The notes under the pieces are model-generated. The model saw nothing but the letters and a program-made list of their open reading frames with translations, searched no databases and was not told where the DNA came from. This document shows positions 37,322 through 48,030 of a stretch of DNA of 64,000 nucleotides, in pieces. Origin of the DNA: Lachnospiraceae bacterium (lineage in GTDB: Bacteria > Bacillota > Clostridia > Lachnospirales > Lachnospiraceae); assembly GCA_004552595.1 (NCBI GenBank), contig SFNX01000005.1:47496-111495 (forward strand), given 5' to 3'. A program made the translations under genes and the position numbers. Numbering within the stretch: position 1 is the first letter of the stretch; each line of letters begins with the position of its first letter.

Positions 37322-38611
37322 TTATTCAAAACTATGTCCGTAAATTCTTACCGTATCGCCATCTTTTATTCCTAAATCTTCAAGCATTTCAAGAATTCCG
37401 TTCTCTTTCATGAAATTCTGGAAGAAAACAAAACCTTTCTCTGATTCAAGATTTGTATATCCAAGCATACGCTCAATTCTAGGGCCTTCGATAACGTATT
37501 CGTCCTCTTTTTCATCATAATCAACGCTAAACGGTTCATTAGCGCCATTATCTCTTGAAACTACATATTCCTGTTCAAATACAACAGGTTCACTGCTTAA
37601 TGTCTTAAGAAGATTTGACATGTAATAAAGAAGTTCTTTTATTCCTTCGCCTGTTAATGCAGATATTTTAAATACTTTTATTCCCTTTGGCTCAAATTCA
37701 TTTTTAATCTTCTCAATCGGATCAATATAATCGGGTGAACCATCAGGATAAATCAGGTCACATTTGTTAGCTGCTATAACCATTGGTCTATTAGCTAAGT
37801 CTTCATTATACGCGCGTAATTCTTTATTTATTGCATAAATATCGGCAACAGGATCTCTGCCTTCTGAGCCGGAAGCATCAACGACGTGTATTGTAGCCTT
37901 AGTACGTTCAATATGACGTAAAAAGTCATGTCCGAGACCTACTCCTTCACTTGCACCGTCAATAAGTCCGGGAATATCAGCAATTACAAATCCATCAGCA
38001 TCATCAAGGTCTACAACACCAAGATGCGGATTTATTGTCGTAAAATGATAATTGGCAACCTGAGGTCTTGCATTTGATACTTTAGTAAGAAGACTTGATT
38101 TACCTACATTAGGATAACCGACAAGTCCGACATCTGCAATAACCTTAAGCTCTAACTGTACGTAAAGTTCTAAAGAAGGCTGTCCGGGCTGTGCATATTT
38201 TGGTGCCTGCATCTTAGGTGTTGCATAATGCTGGTTACCGTTACCGCCTTTGCCGCCTTTCAAAACGGTTACTCTTCTATTGTCGCCTGACATATCTACG
38301 ATTACTTTTCCTGTTTCAAATTCTTTTAAAACAGTACCTTCTGGAACTTTTACAATAATATCATCACCGTTTTTGCCACGCTTATTCTTTTTTCCGCCAA
38401 CGGCACCATCCTCAGCACAATATTTACGAATGTGTCTAAAATCGGTAAGAGTATTTAAGCCCTCATCAACTTCAAAAATGACATCACCGCCGTTACCGCC
38501 GTCTCCACCGTCAGGACCGCCATTCGGAACATATTTTTCTCGTCTGAAAGAAACATGTCCGTCACCACCTTTTCCTGATCTTATATATATTTTGGCTCTA
38601 TCCGCAAACAT
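37322..38611 (-). CDS. obg: GTPase Obg/CgtA
   Basis: Gly-rich Obg fold (SGKGGDGHVSFRREK, GGDGGNGG). G-domain motifs GYPNVGKSS and DIPGLI. C-terminal TGS/OCT domain. Start at the ATG at 38611 (MFADRAKIY), with GAGG 6 nt upstream. Confidence 0.93.
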   Translation of the reverse strand: MFADRAKIYIRSGKGGDGHVSFRREKYVPNGGPDGGDGGNGGDVIFEVDEGLNTLTDFRHIRKYCAEDGAVGGKKNKRGKNGDDIIVKVPEGTVLKEFETGKVIVDMSGDNRRVTVLKGGKGGNGNQHYATPKMQAPKYAQPGQPSLELYVQLELKVIADVGLVGYPNVGKSSLLTKVSNARPQVANYHFTTINPHLGVVDLDDADGFVIADIPGLIDGASEGVGLGHDFLRHIERTKATIHVVDASGSEGRDPVADIYAINKELRAYNEDLANRPMVIAANKCDLIYPDGSPDYIDPIEKIKNEFEPKGIKVFKISALTGEGIKELLYYMSNLLKTLSSEPVVFEQEYVVSRDNGANEPFSVDYDEKEDEYVIEGPRIERMLGYTNLESEKGFVFFQNFMKENGILEMLEDLGIKDGDTVRIYGHSFE

Positions 38612-38626
38612 AACAAACCTCAAATA

Positions 38627-38663
38627 TAAATAAAAAAGCTCCCGACAAATAAATCAGGAGCTT
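38627..38663 (-). terminator. Terminator/attenuator between rpmA and obg
   Basis: On the - strand: AAGCUCCUGA-loop-UCGGGAGCUU (10 bp, one G-U pair) followed by UUUUUAUUUAU. Confidence 0.7.
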
Positions 38664-38669
38664 AAATTA

Positions 38670-38954
38670 TTACTGTTCTACAGGATATACAGAAGCCTGC
38701 TTCTTATCCCTACCCTTACGCTCAAATCTAACTACACCGTCAACTAAAGCGAATAATGTATCATCTCCACCGATACCTACATTTACACCAGGATGAATCT
38801 TTGTTCCACGCTGTCTGTAAAGAATATTACCGGCCTTAACGAACTGTCCATCTGCTCTTTTTGCTCCAAGTCTCTTAGCTTCAGAGTCACGACCATTCTT
38901 TGTTGATCCTACACCCTTCTTATGAGCAAAAAACTGAAGGTCCATTCTTAACAT
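38670..38954 (-). CDS. rpmA: 50S ribosomal protein L27 with cleavable N-terminal extension
   Basis: 94 aa. N-terminus [18 protein letters not shown] is the Prp cleavage-type extension of Firmicutes L27. Confidence 0.95.
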   Translation of the reverse strand: MLRMDLQFFAHKKGVGSTKNGRDSEAKRLGAKRADGQFVKAGNILYRQRGTKIHPGVNVGIGGDDTLFALVDGVVRFERKGRDKKQASVYPVEQ

Positions 38955-38955
38955 C

Positions 38956-39285
38956 TTAATTACCTCCTAAGTTTTTCTTAACCAATTGTAAATACTTTTT
39001 ACCGTACTCTTTTTGAATTCCTTCTAATCCGATGATTAAAGCATCCATAAGCAACAAAGCTTTGTCATCTATTTCTGATTTAAATACATAAGTGATTTTG
39101 TCTTCACTTGCAACTGCATTAAAATCACAATCCGACAATTTTTCAATTGCATTGGCTGTATTAATTACCAGTGCTGATACTGATGCGCAAACAATATCCT
39201 TGCCCTTATCACTAAAACCAGCATGTCCGGCACATGAAAATGCAACGTATTTATTGTCTTTTATAGATACTTCTGCGTTAATCAT
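38956..39285 (-). CDS. prp: Ribosomal-processing cysteine protease Prp
   Basis: 109 aa between rplU and rpmA. GHAG...DIVCASVS His/Cys dyad context. Confidence 0.88.
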   Translation of the reverse strand: MINAEVSIKDNKYVAFSCAGHAGFSDKGKDIVCASVSALVINTANAIEKLSDCDFNAVASEDKITYVFKSEIDDKALLLMDALIIGLEGIQKEYGKKYLQLVKKNLGGN

Positions 39286-39293
39286 ATTACAAA

Positions 39294-39599
39294 CTAAGCA
39301 TTAATAGCATCAATCTTGACTTTAGTGTATGCTTGTCTGTGTCCGTTCTTCTTATGATATCCGCTCTTTCTCTTATACTTGTAAACAATGATCTTCTTAC
39401 CACGACCATTCTCTACAACAGTAGCCTTAACTGATGCTGACTTAACATCATCGCCTACTAAGAGCTTATCACCTGAAACGGCCAAAACTTCATCAAAAGT
39501 AACAGTAGCTCCTTCCTCAAGACCAAGCTTCTCAACTGAGATAACATCGCCTTCAGAAACCTTATACTGCTTTCCGCCAGTTGCAATAATTGCGTACAT
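39294..39599 (-). CDS. rplU: 50S ribosomal protein L21
   Basis: 101 aa. [15 protein letters not shown]-terminus. Confidence 0.95.
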   Translation of the reverse strand: MYAIIATGGKQYKVSEGDVISVEKLGLEEGATVTFDEVLAVSGDKLLVGDDVKSASVKATVVENGRGKKIIVYKYKRKSGYHKKNGHRQAYTKVKIDAINA

Positions 39600-39712
39600 A
39601 GCCTACCTCCTATAATAATTACTCGCTAGCTTCGGTGTGTGCAAAAAGCACAGCTTTAACCCCACTAAGCGGCATACTCGTATATAATACCCTTAATGCA
39701 AAATAATGTCAA
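39600..39712 (-). promoter_or_regulatory. rplU promoter and structured L21-leader-like 5' UTR
   Basis: On the - strand: TTGACA (39707-39712), 17 nt, TATTAT (39684-39689). The leader of about 80 nt contains the hairpin UGUGC-UUUUU-GCACA nested in GCUUAGUGG/CACCGAAGC pairing. Position matches the L21 leader described for Firmicutes. Not checked with a covariance model. Confidence 0.5.
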
Positions 39713-39715
39713 GGT

Positions 39716-40648
39716 TTAAATAAGTATATTAAGTAAATTGTTGAAATACTCAGGCAACGGTGCAACCACTTCAATATACTCCTTAGTTGATGGTTGAATA
39801 AATCCAAGAGTCATCGCATGTAAAGTCTGTCCTAAAAGCTTAAACGGTGACTTAATTGTTGAATACACATCATCTCCGAGTACCGGATGACCGATTGATG
39901 CCATATGAACACGAATCTGATGTGTTCTACCGGTTTCTAACTTACATTCAATGTATGTATAATCCTTAAAACGCTTTAATACCTTATAGTGAGTTATTGC
40001 ATTTTTAGAATTTGCGACATTACATGCCATCTTTTTTCTGTCTTTTTCATTTCTTCCTATAGGTTTATTAACTGTTCCTTCGTCTTCGTTAATAACACCA
40101 TGTACAATGGCTCTGTAAAGTCTGTTTATTGAATGCTCCTTAAGCTGGGCTGCTATATCAATATGAGCTTTGTCGTTTTTACATATTATCAGAGATCCGG
40201 TTGTATTCATATCAATTCTATGAACAATTCCGGGTCTTAATACTCCGTTGATTCCGGATAAATCTTTTACATGAAACATAACGGCATTAACAAGAGTATT
40301 AGAATAATGCCCCGGTGCAGGATGAACTACCATCCCCTTAGGCTTATTAACAACTAATACATCGCTATCTTCATATAAAATATCTAACGGTATATCTTCA
40401 GGTACAATATCAGGTATAATTGATTCCTTAGTATCAAAGAATACAAAATTACCTTCTTTAAGAATATATGATCCTTTGACTGACTTAGACAGTTCACAAT
40501 TTTCTTTATTTGGAGAAACATTAACAAGATTATCCTTTATAAGCTTTTGAATATAAGAACGCGAAAAATCCTCATATAGCTCTGATATGCACTTGTCTAT
40601 TCTCTCACCTGCATACTCGTCTGTAACAGTAAATTCAAAATGTTTCAT
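39716..40648 (-). CDS. rluD: RluD-type 23S rRNA pseudouridine synthase
   Basis: 310 aa. S4 domain (ERIDKCI). Catalytic motif HRIDMNTTG. HQIRVHMASIGHPVLGDDVY. Confidence 0.88.
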   Translation of the reverse strand: MKHFEFTVTDEYAGERIDKCISELYEDFSRSYIQKLIKDNLVNVSPNKENCELSKSVKGSYILKEGNFVFFDTKESIIPDIVPEDIPLDILYEDSDVLVVNKPKGMVVHPAPGHYSNTLVNAVMFHVKDLSGINGVLRPGIVHRIDMNTTGSLIICKNDKAHIDIAAQLKEHSINRLYRAIVHGVINEDEGTVNKPIGRNEKDRKKMACNVANSKNAITHYKVLKRFKDYTYIECKLETGRTHQIRVHMASIGHPVLGDDVYSTIKSPFKLLGQTLHAMTLGFIQPSTKEYIEVVAPLPEYFNNLLNILI

Positions 40649-40665
40649 AATAGAAATTATAACAT

Positions 40666-40695
40666 AAAAAAGCCTCCCTAAATATTAGGGAGGCC
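40666..40695 (-). terminator. Rho-independent terminator after cstA
   Basis: On the - strand: GCCUCCCUA-loop-UAGGGAGGC followed by UUUUUU. Confidence 0.85.
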
Positions 40696-40708
40696 ATAAA
40701 ATTAATTA

Positions 40709-42448
40709 TTATGCTGCTTTCTTATCATTAGAAAGTTCTTTAATACCTTCAATAACAAGTACTACTGCAAGAATAACCAAGAGTGCACCGATAATAGCCT
40801 GTGCATATGGACCCCAGTCAGCACCACCTGCTGCGATGATACCAATCTGGTTCTTAATTGTAAGGCAAAGTGAGCAAATTGTAACGATTACCATGAATAC
40901 CATAGGAATCTTGAACATGCTGTTGTTCTTGCCAATATTTCCAAGCCATACACAAACAGCAAGAAGACCGATACCTGCAAGGAGCTGGTTAGCAGCACCG
41001 AAAAGTCCCCAAATCTTAGAATATCCTGTAAGTCCAAGAAGAACTCCAAGTACTACAGTGATAGCTGTAGCAACATATGGGTTAACAAGTACCTTCTTCC
41101 AGCCTTCCTTAACATCAGCCGGTGTCTCGCCTGGCTCAAGGAAGAATTCCTGGAACATGAAACGGGCAAGTCTTGTAGCTGTATCAAGTGATGTTAAGCA
41201 GAAAGCTGAATATGTAAGTGTAAGTAATGTTCTTAATACTGTAACAACGCCTGGTCCGAATACTGCATACATGTTAGCAATACCACCACCGAAGATAGCT
41301 GTAGCACCTGTAAGAGCTGTGTCTGGGTTAGCTGCGTTGTACTTGTAAGCATAGTTGATAGCACAAACTGTAATTACAGCAAGTACGCACTCAAGTAACA
41401 TTCCGCCGTAAGCGATTGGCTTAGCGTCTGTTTCCTTATCAAGCTGCTTAGATGTTGTACCTGATGATACAAGTGAATGGAAACCTGAAATAGCACCACA
41501 AGCAACTGTTGTAAAAAGAACAGGGAACATATACTGGATACCATTTCCGTTATCTACTGCAAATCCTGCAAATGCCTGAAGTCCATCAGCTCCACCCATT
41601 GGTGCATGTGAAACAAATACACCCACTAATGCAACAGCAAGCATTGCATAAAGAAGGAATGAGCTTAAGTAATCACGTGGCTGAAGAAGAATCCATACAG
41701 GAGTTACTGAAGCGATTGCGATGTAAAGGCCAACGATAACCATCCATGCCTTGTATGAAAGATAAATCGGATGGAAGTTCATACCAATCACCATACAAAT
41801 AATAATAGCTACTACGCCAAGTATTGTAGAAACTCCCATTGGAGCATTACGACGATATACAAGGAAACCGAAAGCAATAGCTACTACGATGAAAAGTAAT
41901 GACACCATTGCAACCGAAGCATTTGTTGCTACTACTGCTTCTCCTAAAGCTTCACCCTTAGCATTTGTTGTACCAAATGTACCAGCAACGATTGAAGCAA
42001 AGGCAGCTACTACAAGAATAAGTGTAAGATAAGCAAATGTGATGAAAAGCTTCTTAGCTCTTTTACTCATGTTAACTGAGATGATTTCACCGATTGACTG
42101 TCCTTTATGACGAACTGAAGCTACAAGTGCACCAAAGTCATGAACACCACCGAAGAAAATACCACCGATTAATACCCAAAGGACAACTGGAACCCATCCA
42201 AACATTGCTGCACCAATTGGTCCTGTAATAGGGCCTGCACCAGCGATTGATGAGAAGTGATGTCCCATAAGAACAGGAGCTTTAGCCGGAACATAGTCTA
42301 CTCCGTCCTCTAATGTGTGTGCAGGAGTTTCTTCTTTTGATTCACCTACACCCCACTGTTTGCAAAGCCATCCGCCATAGAATACATAACCACAAGCAAG
42401 AATAGCAATACAAACTAATAAAAGTAATACTGAATTCATTTGTCTCAC
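40709..42448 (-). CDS. cstA: Carbon starvation protein A (peptide/pyruvate transporter family)
   Basis: 579-aa polytopic membrane protein. HHFSSIAGAGPITGP, FFGGVHDF and SGFHSLVSSGTTSKQ motifs. Confidence 0.92.
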   Translation of the reverse strand: MRQMNSVLLLLVCIAILACGYVFYGGWLCKQWGVGESKEETPAHTLEDGVDYVPAKAPVLMGHHFSSIAGAGPITGPIGAAMFGWVPVVLWVLIGGIFFGGVHDFGALVASVRHKGQSIGEIISVNMSKRAKKLFITFAYLTLILVVAAFASIVAGTFGTTNAKGEALGEAVVATNASVAMVSLLFIVVAIAFGFLVYRRNAPMGVSTILGVVAIIICMVIGMNFHPIYLSYKAWMVIVGLYIAIASVTPVWILLQPRDYLSSFLLYAMLAVALVGVFVSHAPMGGADGLQAFAGFAVDNGNGIQYMFPVLFTTVACGAISGFHSLVSSGTTSKQLDKETDAKPIAYGGMLLECVLAVITVCAINYAYKYNAANPDTALTGATAIFGGGIANMYAVFGPGVVTVLRTLLTLTYSAFCLTSLDTATRLARFMFQEFFLEPGETPADVKEGWKKVLVNPYVATAITVVLGVLLGLTGYSKIWGLFGAANQLLAGIGLLAVCVWLGNIGKNNSMFKIPMVFMVIVTICSLCLTIKNQIGIIAAGGADWGPYAQAIIGALLVILAVVLVIEGIKELSNDKKAA

Positions 42449-42467
42449 TCTCCTTTAATAGAATAAG

Positions 42468-43004
42468 TTATTTAAATAATCTTATCCCCCGCCTTTTTTT
42501 AGGGTGAAGGACACTTTTCAAAAATTTCCCACTAAGTCTTCCGTCGCCGTTAGTAGTAACTGATTCTGTTCCTAAATCAATAAGTACTGTATGCATCTCC
42601 ATCCAACCATGAAGGGAAAATTGAAAACTTTTTCTTCTGCGATACTTCTTAAGGGCGCTTAAGGCATCATTATCATATGTATCGCATAAAAACTCAGCAA
42701 CAATATATGAACTTCTGTGATCGGGACCCGGATTTATCTTTTCAAAACCAAGTTCGTAAGCCATATCTACTGCATTGTTAAATAAATCAAGCGTCAAGTT
42801 AGGATAATAAAATACATATACATATTCATTTGAATCCATTTTGTAAAGAGTAGCTCTTTTTGAAAGAAAATAATTTTCGGTATGAATATGGAAATCAGCT
42901 TCCATTATTAGTCCTGCTTCATTTTCTTCATGCTTTATTATGTTATAAGAGCCGGAATACACACGCTCAATTTTACTGATTACTTCTTGTTTTGTTAAAC
43001 TCAT
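42468..43004 (-). CDS. Hypothetical cytoplasmic protein
   Basis: 178-aa ORF with no recognised motif. Wedged between ilvC (14-nt gap) and cstA (19-nt gap). Basic C-terminus KKRRGIRLFK. Confidence 0.6.
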   Translation of the reverse strand: MSLTKQEVISKIERVYSGSYNIIKHEENEAGLIMEADFHIHTENYFLSKRATLYKMDSNEYVYVFYYPNLTLDLFNNAVDMAYELGFEKINPGPDHRSSYIVAEFLCDTYDNDALSALKKYRRRKSFQFSLHGWMEMHTVLIDLGTESVTTNGDGRLSGKFLKSVLHPKKRRGIRLFK

Positions 43005-43018
43005 AACAATACCTAAAA

Positions 43019-44050
<1,032 letters not shown>

Positions 44051-44092
44051 CTATGTTCTCATTCAACATAATAATTATATTTAGTAAAATAA

Positions 44093-44611
44093 CTATTCAA
44101 TATTATTTTTGTCAGGCCAGAATATATTATCTGTACCTCTACGAAGACCGGCTATTCCAGTTCTTGCAATTTCAAGAATTTTATATGAACTCATAAGTTC
44201 AAGGAATGAATCAATTTTTGCGCTTGTAGCAGTCATTTCAATAATCATTCCATTCTTGGAAATATCAACTACATTTGCCTTAAATGCATCTGTATCTGTT
44301 ATTGAAATTATATTAGGTCTTTCTTCCGGCTTGCATTCAATTTTAATCAGTGCAAGCTCTCTATATACACTTGAATCAGGCACAAGTTCTGTGATGTTTC
44401 TTACATCAACAAGCTTTTCAACCTGCTTTTCTATCTGCTCAAGTATATCATCGTCACCTGTAGTAACTATTGTAATTCTTGTAAATCTTGGATCTGCAGT
44501 GACACCTGCAGTTATAGACTCAATATTATAGCCTCTTCTTGAAAAAAGCCCTGAAATACGTGAAAGAACTCCGGATGTGTTATCAACAATTAAAGAAAAA
44601 ACTTTTTCCAT
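44093..44611 (-). CDS. ilvN: Acetolactate synthase small (regulatory) subunit, copy 2
   Basis: 172 aa from the ATG at 44611. ACT domain SLIVDNTSGVLSRISGLFSRRGYNIESI. Confidence 0.85.
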   Translation of the reverse strand: MEKVFSLIVDNTSGVLSRISGLFSRRGYNIESITAGVTADPRFTRITIVTTGDDDILEQIEKQVEKLVDVRNITELVPDSSVYRELALIKIECKPEERPNIISITDTDAFKANVVDISKNGMIIEMTATSAKIDSFLELMSSYKILEIARTGIAGLRRGTDNIFWPDKNNIE

Positions 44612-44710
44612 TATAAATATCCCCATTGATATATTTGTTGAATATATTCTCAACTAATTAAGTTTAACAATTTTAACTATTAATGTCAATTAAACAGAAT
44701 GATATATAAA

Positions 44711-45196
44711 TCACTCAATTGAACATTTCTGCAAAGCAAGAGTACCGGTTCTGGCTACCTCTACAACTACCTGAATTGAAGAAAACATCTGCAATAAGAG
44801 GTTGGCCTGTTCAGGCGTATCACAAATCTGAATTGTCATGTGATTTTTGGATTTATCTACAATTTTAGCTTCCATCAGTTCACAAATTTCCATTATCTCA
44901 CGCCTGTTGGACTTAGTATATTTAACTTTAACAAGCATAAGTTCTCTTGATGTCGATTCGGATTCTGAAAATGTTTTTATCTTAATTACATCAATCTTCT
45001 TATTCAGCTGCTTTTCAATCTGATTAAGTGTTCTTTCATCCCCGGTCGATACAATAGTAATACATGATACATTTGGGTCGTCGGTCTCACCAACCGCCAA
45101 GGAATCAATATTAAAGCATCTTCTTGAAAATAGACCTGAAACCTTTGATAAAACACCCGATCTGTTTTCAACTAATACAGAATACAATCTCTTCAT
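44711..45196 (-). CDS. ilvN: Acetolactate synthase small (regulatory) subunit, copy 1
   Basis: 161 aa. ACT domain SVLVENRSGVLSKVSGLFSRRCFNIDSL. Directly downstream of ilvB. Confidence 0.85.
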   Translation of the reverse strand: MKRLYSVLVENRSGVLSKVSGLFSRRCFNIDSLAVGETDDPNVSCITIVSTGDERTLNQIEKQLNKKIDVIKIKTFSESESTSRELMLVKVKYTKSNRREIMEICELMEAKIVDKSKNHMTIQICDTPEQANLLLQMFSSIQVVVEVARTGTLALQKCSIE

Positions 45197-45216
45197 TTTT
45201 ATGTAAACCTTATCTA

Positions 45217-46833
45217 TTATTTTACAGTATCCATTGGATCAATCATAACTTCTATAAGCATTGGCCCGTTAAAAGCTAGTATTGAATCAATTTCTTTTTC
45301 AATATTATCCATATTGCATAAACATTTAAACTCCATATTATATGCCTTTGCAATATATGAAAAATCAGGACTTCCCGACAAATCTACTACCGAATAATTA
45401 CCTTTATACACCTTATGCTGGTGCTCTCTTACAAGTCCTAAATATCCATTATGGAAAATAAATATTTTAGTCGGAATGCCATATTGCTGCATAGTAGCCA
45501 GTTCCATGAATGACATTTGGAATGAACCATCGCCACAGACTGCAATTACTTCCGTATCTTTTTTAGCTCTCTTAGCACCCATTGCGGCAGGAATAGAATA
45601 ACCCATTGTACCCATTCCGCCACTTGTTAAAAATCGTCCATCCTTTGCAGTATAATATCCGCAAGACCACATCTGATTCTGTCCCACATCCGCAACGTAA
45701 ATTGCATCTTCATCCATTTTCTCAGATAATAATCTGATAAATTCAGCAGGATCAACAAAATCATCGGATGGGGCTTTCCTTTTAGGTGCCTGTTCTTTGT
45801 ATGAATTAAGCGTATTCACCCATTCGGAAAAGTTATTATCAAAGCTCTCTTTTTCAAAATCCTTGAAAATATGCTTTATATCTCCAACAAGCGGAATGTG
45901 CGGTCCAACCTGTTTACCTATTTCAGCAGGATCAACGTCTATATGCACAAGTACCTTATTGTTAGTAATTAAATCAGGCTGTGATACAGCTCTGTCTGCA
46001 ACTCTTGCACCAATCATGATCAGAAGATCGGATTCATTCATCGCCCTGTTAGCATAATACTTTCCATTGTTGCCTACCATTCCAAAATATAACGGATCGT
46101 CAGAGCGCATTGCAGATATTCCCATAAGTGTTGAAACAACGGGAATATTATATTTGTGGGCAAAATCACGAAGTTCACTTCTTGCATCGGATAACATTAC
46201 TCCACCGCCGGCGCAAATTATCGGTCTTTTGCATTTAGAAAGCTCTGCAATTACTTTTTTAATCTGAACAGAATGTCCTTTTACAGTAGGCTTATAGGTT
46301 CGTAAATTTATTTCCTTTGGGTATTCAAATTTTGAAATCGGTGCATTTTGAATGTCCGATGGGATATCAATTAATACAGGTCCCTTTCTTCCTGTTGAAG
46401 CAATGTGAAAAGCCTCTTTGAATATTCTAGGTATATCTTTAACATCTTTTACAAGGTAGCTATATTTTACAAATGATTCAACAGCACCTGTAATGTCTGC
46501 CTCCTGGAAGGTGTCATATCCTAAAAGTTTTGATTCAACTTGTCCTGTAATACATATTAACGGAATAGAATCTGCATATGCTGTCGCAATACCTGTAATA
46601 AGGTTTGTGGCACCGGGACCCGAGGTTGCAACGCAAACTCCGACTTTATTGCTGACTCTTGCATAACCGCTTGCTGCATGTGCAGCATTCTGCTCTGTTC
46701 TTACAAGTATTGATTCAATGTCAGTATTTAAAATACTGTTAAAGAATGGACATATAGCAACACCCGGATAACCAAATAATACTTCAACACCTTCATTTTC
46801 AAGGCATTTCACTATTGCATCTGCACCTATCAT
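45217..46833 (-). CDS. ilvB: Acetolactate synthase large (catalytic) subunit
   Basis: 538 aa. ThDP-enzyme motifs (GYPGVAI, GPGATNL, GDGSFQM...N). Confidence 0.93.
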   Translation of the reverse strand: MIGADAIVKCLENEGVEVLFGYPGVAICPFFNSILNTDIESILVRTEQNAAHAASGYARVSNKVGVCVATSGPGATNLITGIATAYADSIPLICITGQVESKLLGYDTFQEADITGAVESFVKYSYLVKDVKDIPRIFKEAFHIASTGRKGPVLIDIPSDIQNAPISKFEYPKEINLRTYKPTVKGHSVQIKKVIAELSKCKRPIICAGGGVMLSDARSELRDFAHKYNIPVVSTLMGISAMRSDDPLYFGMVGNNGKYYANRAMNESDLLIMIGARVADRAVSQPDLITNNKVLVHIDVDPAEIGKQVGPHIPLVGDIKHIFKDFEKESFDNNFSEWVNTLNSYKEQAPKRKAPSDDFVDPAEFIRLLSEKMDEDAIYVADVGQNQMWSCGYYTAKDGRFLTSGGMGTMGYSIPAAMGAKRAKKDTEVIAVCGDGSFQMSFMELATMQQYGIPTKIFIFHNGYLGLVREHQHKVYKGNYSVVDLSGSPDFSYIAKAYNMEFKCLCNMDNIEKEIDSILAFNGPMLIEVMIDPMDTVK

Positions 46834-46857
46834 TAATAAAATCTCCTGATTAAAAAG

Positions 46858-47898
46858 TTATTTTTTCTTATTTGTTGATTTTGCTGGGCTAAACATTTTG
46901 GCCAATGGAGAAATAACATCGTTTAACGACTTGATTGAACTATTCAAAGATTCAAAATCAAGTGCATTTATCTTTTCCATTGTTGTATCAATTGTTGTTT
47001 GTGAGCTCTCTACAAGTCCTGTTACATCGCCCATAACAGAATTTACTTCATTCATAATATCATTGACATTGTTCATAACGCCTGCAAAGTCAGTCTGTGA
47101 AAGTTCGTCTGTAGTCTTTGACAAATTCTTAATAACAAAATCAACGTCTTCAATCATGTCTGCGACCTGGACAACCATATCTTCTGCTTCCGTTACAATT
47201 GTCTCTGATTCAACAATGATTTTATTTGTGTTATCAAGTACAACATTTACGTTCTTAAGTGAAGACATTATCTGAGGAATTAATATAAATACACATGCAA
47301 GTGCAATGCCAATTGCAACTACAGATGTAATAATTGAATAAATCATATGGCGCTTAGCATACGCTGATTCCTCTTCCTGATCTTTCTTAAGCTCAAGCAA
47401 AAGCTCGGCAAGAATCTTAGTGTCAGGATCCTGCATCTTATCTATTTTTTCCTGAATTGCATCAAGTGTAGCCTTCTTGTCTGCTTTTGTAGGCAAAGGT
47501 GGTATTGTAGCACTAACCGGTTTTTCTGTAGATACAGGTTTAGTTTCAGTAACAGCTTCTGTTTTAACAATTGTATTATCTATTGCTGCCTTAGCAGCAG
47601 TCTCAGTCTTCTTAGCTGTAGCCTTTGTAGCTGATGTTTTAGCGGCTGTTGTTTTAGTAGTATCTGCTTTAGGAGCCGCCTCTGCTTTCTTAGCTGTAGT
47701 CTTTGTAGTTGATGTTTTAGCGGCTGTTGCTTTAGCAGTATCTGCTTTAGGAACTGCTTCTGTTTTCTTAGCTGCAGTCTTTGTGGCTGTTGATTTCGCA
47801 GCCGTTGTCTTTGCAGTTGTAGCTTTTTTTGTATCCTTTTCTACAGTAGCTTTAGTAGTTGTTGTCTTTTTAGTAGTAGTTTTCTTTGCCTCTGCCAT
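46858..47898 (-). CDS. Single-pass membrane protein with histone-H1-like Ala/Lys/Thr-rich N-terminal repeats and coiled-coil C-terminal domain
   Basis: 346 aa. Residues 1-105 consist almost entirely of A/K/T, including two 26-aa repeats. TM helix IYSIITSVVAIGIALACVFILIPQI. C-terminal heptad-like segment. Stop lies 24 nt upstream of the ilvB start. Confidence 0.75.
   Translation of the reverse strand: MAEAKKTTTKKTTTTKATVEKDTKKATTAKTTAAKSTATKTAAKKTEAVPKADTAKATAAKTSTTKTTAKKAEAAPKADTTKTTAAKTSATKATAKKTETAAKAAIDNTIVKTEAVTETKPVSTEKPVSATIPPLPTKADKKATLDAIQEKIDKMQDPDTKILAELLLELKKDQEEESAYAKRHMIYSIITSVVAIGIALACVFILIPQIMSSLKNVNVVLDNTNKIIVESETIVTEAEDMVVQVADMIEDVDFVIKNLSKTTDELSQTDFAGVMNNVNDIMNEVNSVMGDVTGLVESSQTTIDTTMEKINALDFESLNSSIKSLNDVISPLAKMFSPAKSTNKKK
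47614..47769 (-). repeat. Two tandem 78-nt coding repeats (26-aa units)
   Basis: KKTEAVPKADTAKATAAKTSTTKTTA / KKAEAAPKADTTKTTAAKTSATKATA, followed by a partial third unit. The near-identical DNA is visible in 47590-47780. Confidence 0.85.
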
Positions 47899-48030
47899 TA
47901 GATATACCTCCTATAAATACGAATTGGCATTAATAAAAATGGCCCCTTCTTATTCATATCCCCAATATCATTCATAATATAACGTAAGTGTCAAAACCAA
48001 CTGATATTATTGGCACTTACCTCATATAAC

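Noticed and set aside
40836-41348. 170-aa + strand ORF inside cstA, and similar long antisense or off-frame ORFs (44109-44531, 38250-38633, 6078-6509, 48393-48743, 49171-49401, 43342-43572)
   Set aside because: All lie within confidently identified genes that are GC-richer and codon-biased, which suppresses stop codons in other frames. Their products are low-complexity and carry no motifs or ribosome-binding sites.
47584-47898. Tandem 78-nt repeats considered as a CRISPR-like or intergenic repeat array
   Set aside because: The repeats are contiguous with no spacers, in frame, and encode 26-aa units of a protein with a clear start, TM helix and stop.
47477-47977. 166-aa + strand ORF (Ala/Val-rich) antisense to the Ala/Lys/Thr repeat gene
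   Set aside because: It is the mirror image of a low-complexity GCx/AAx/ACx repeat, which stays open on the opposite strand by composition alone. No ribosome-binding site is present, and the - strand gene has the coherent TM and coiled-coil architecture.
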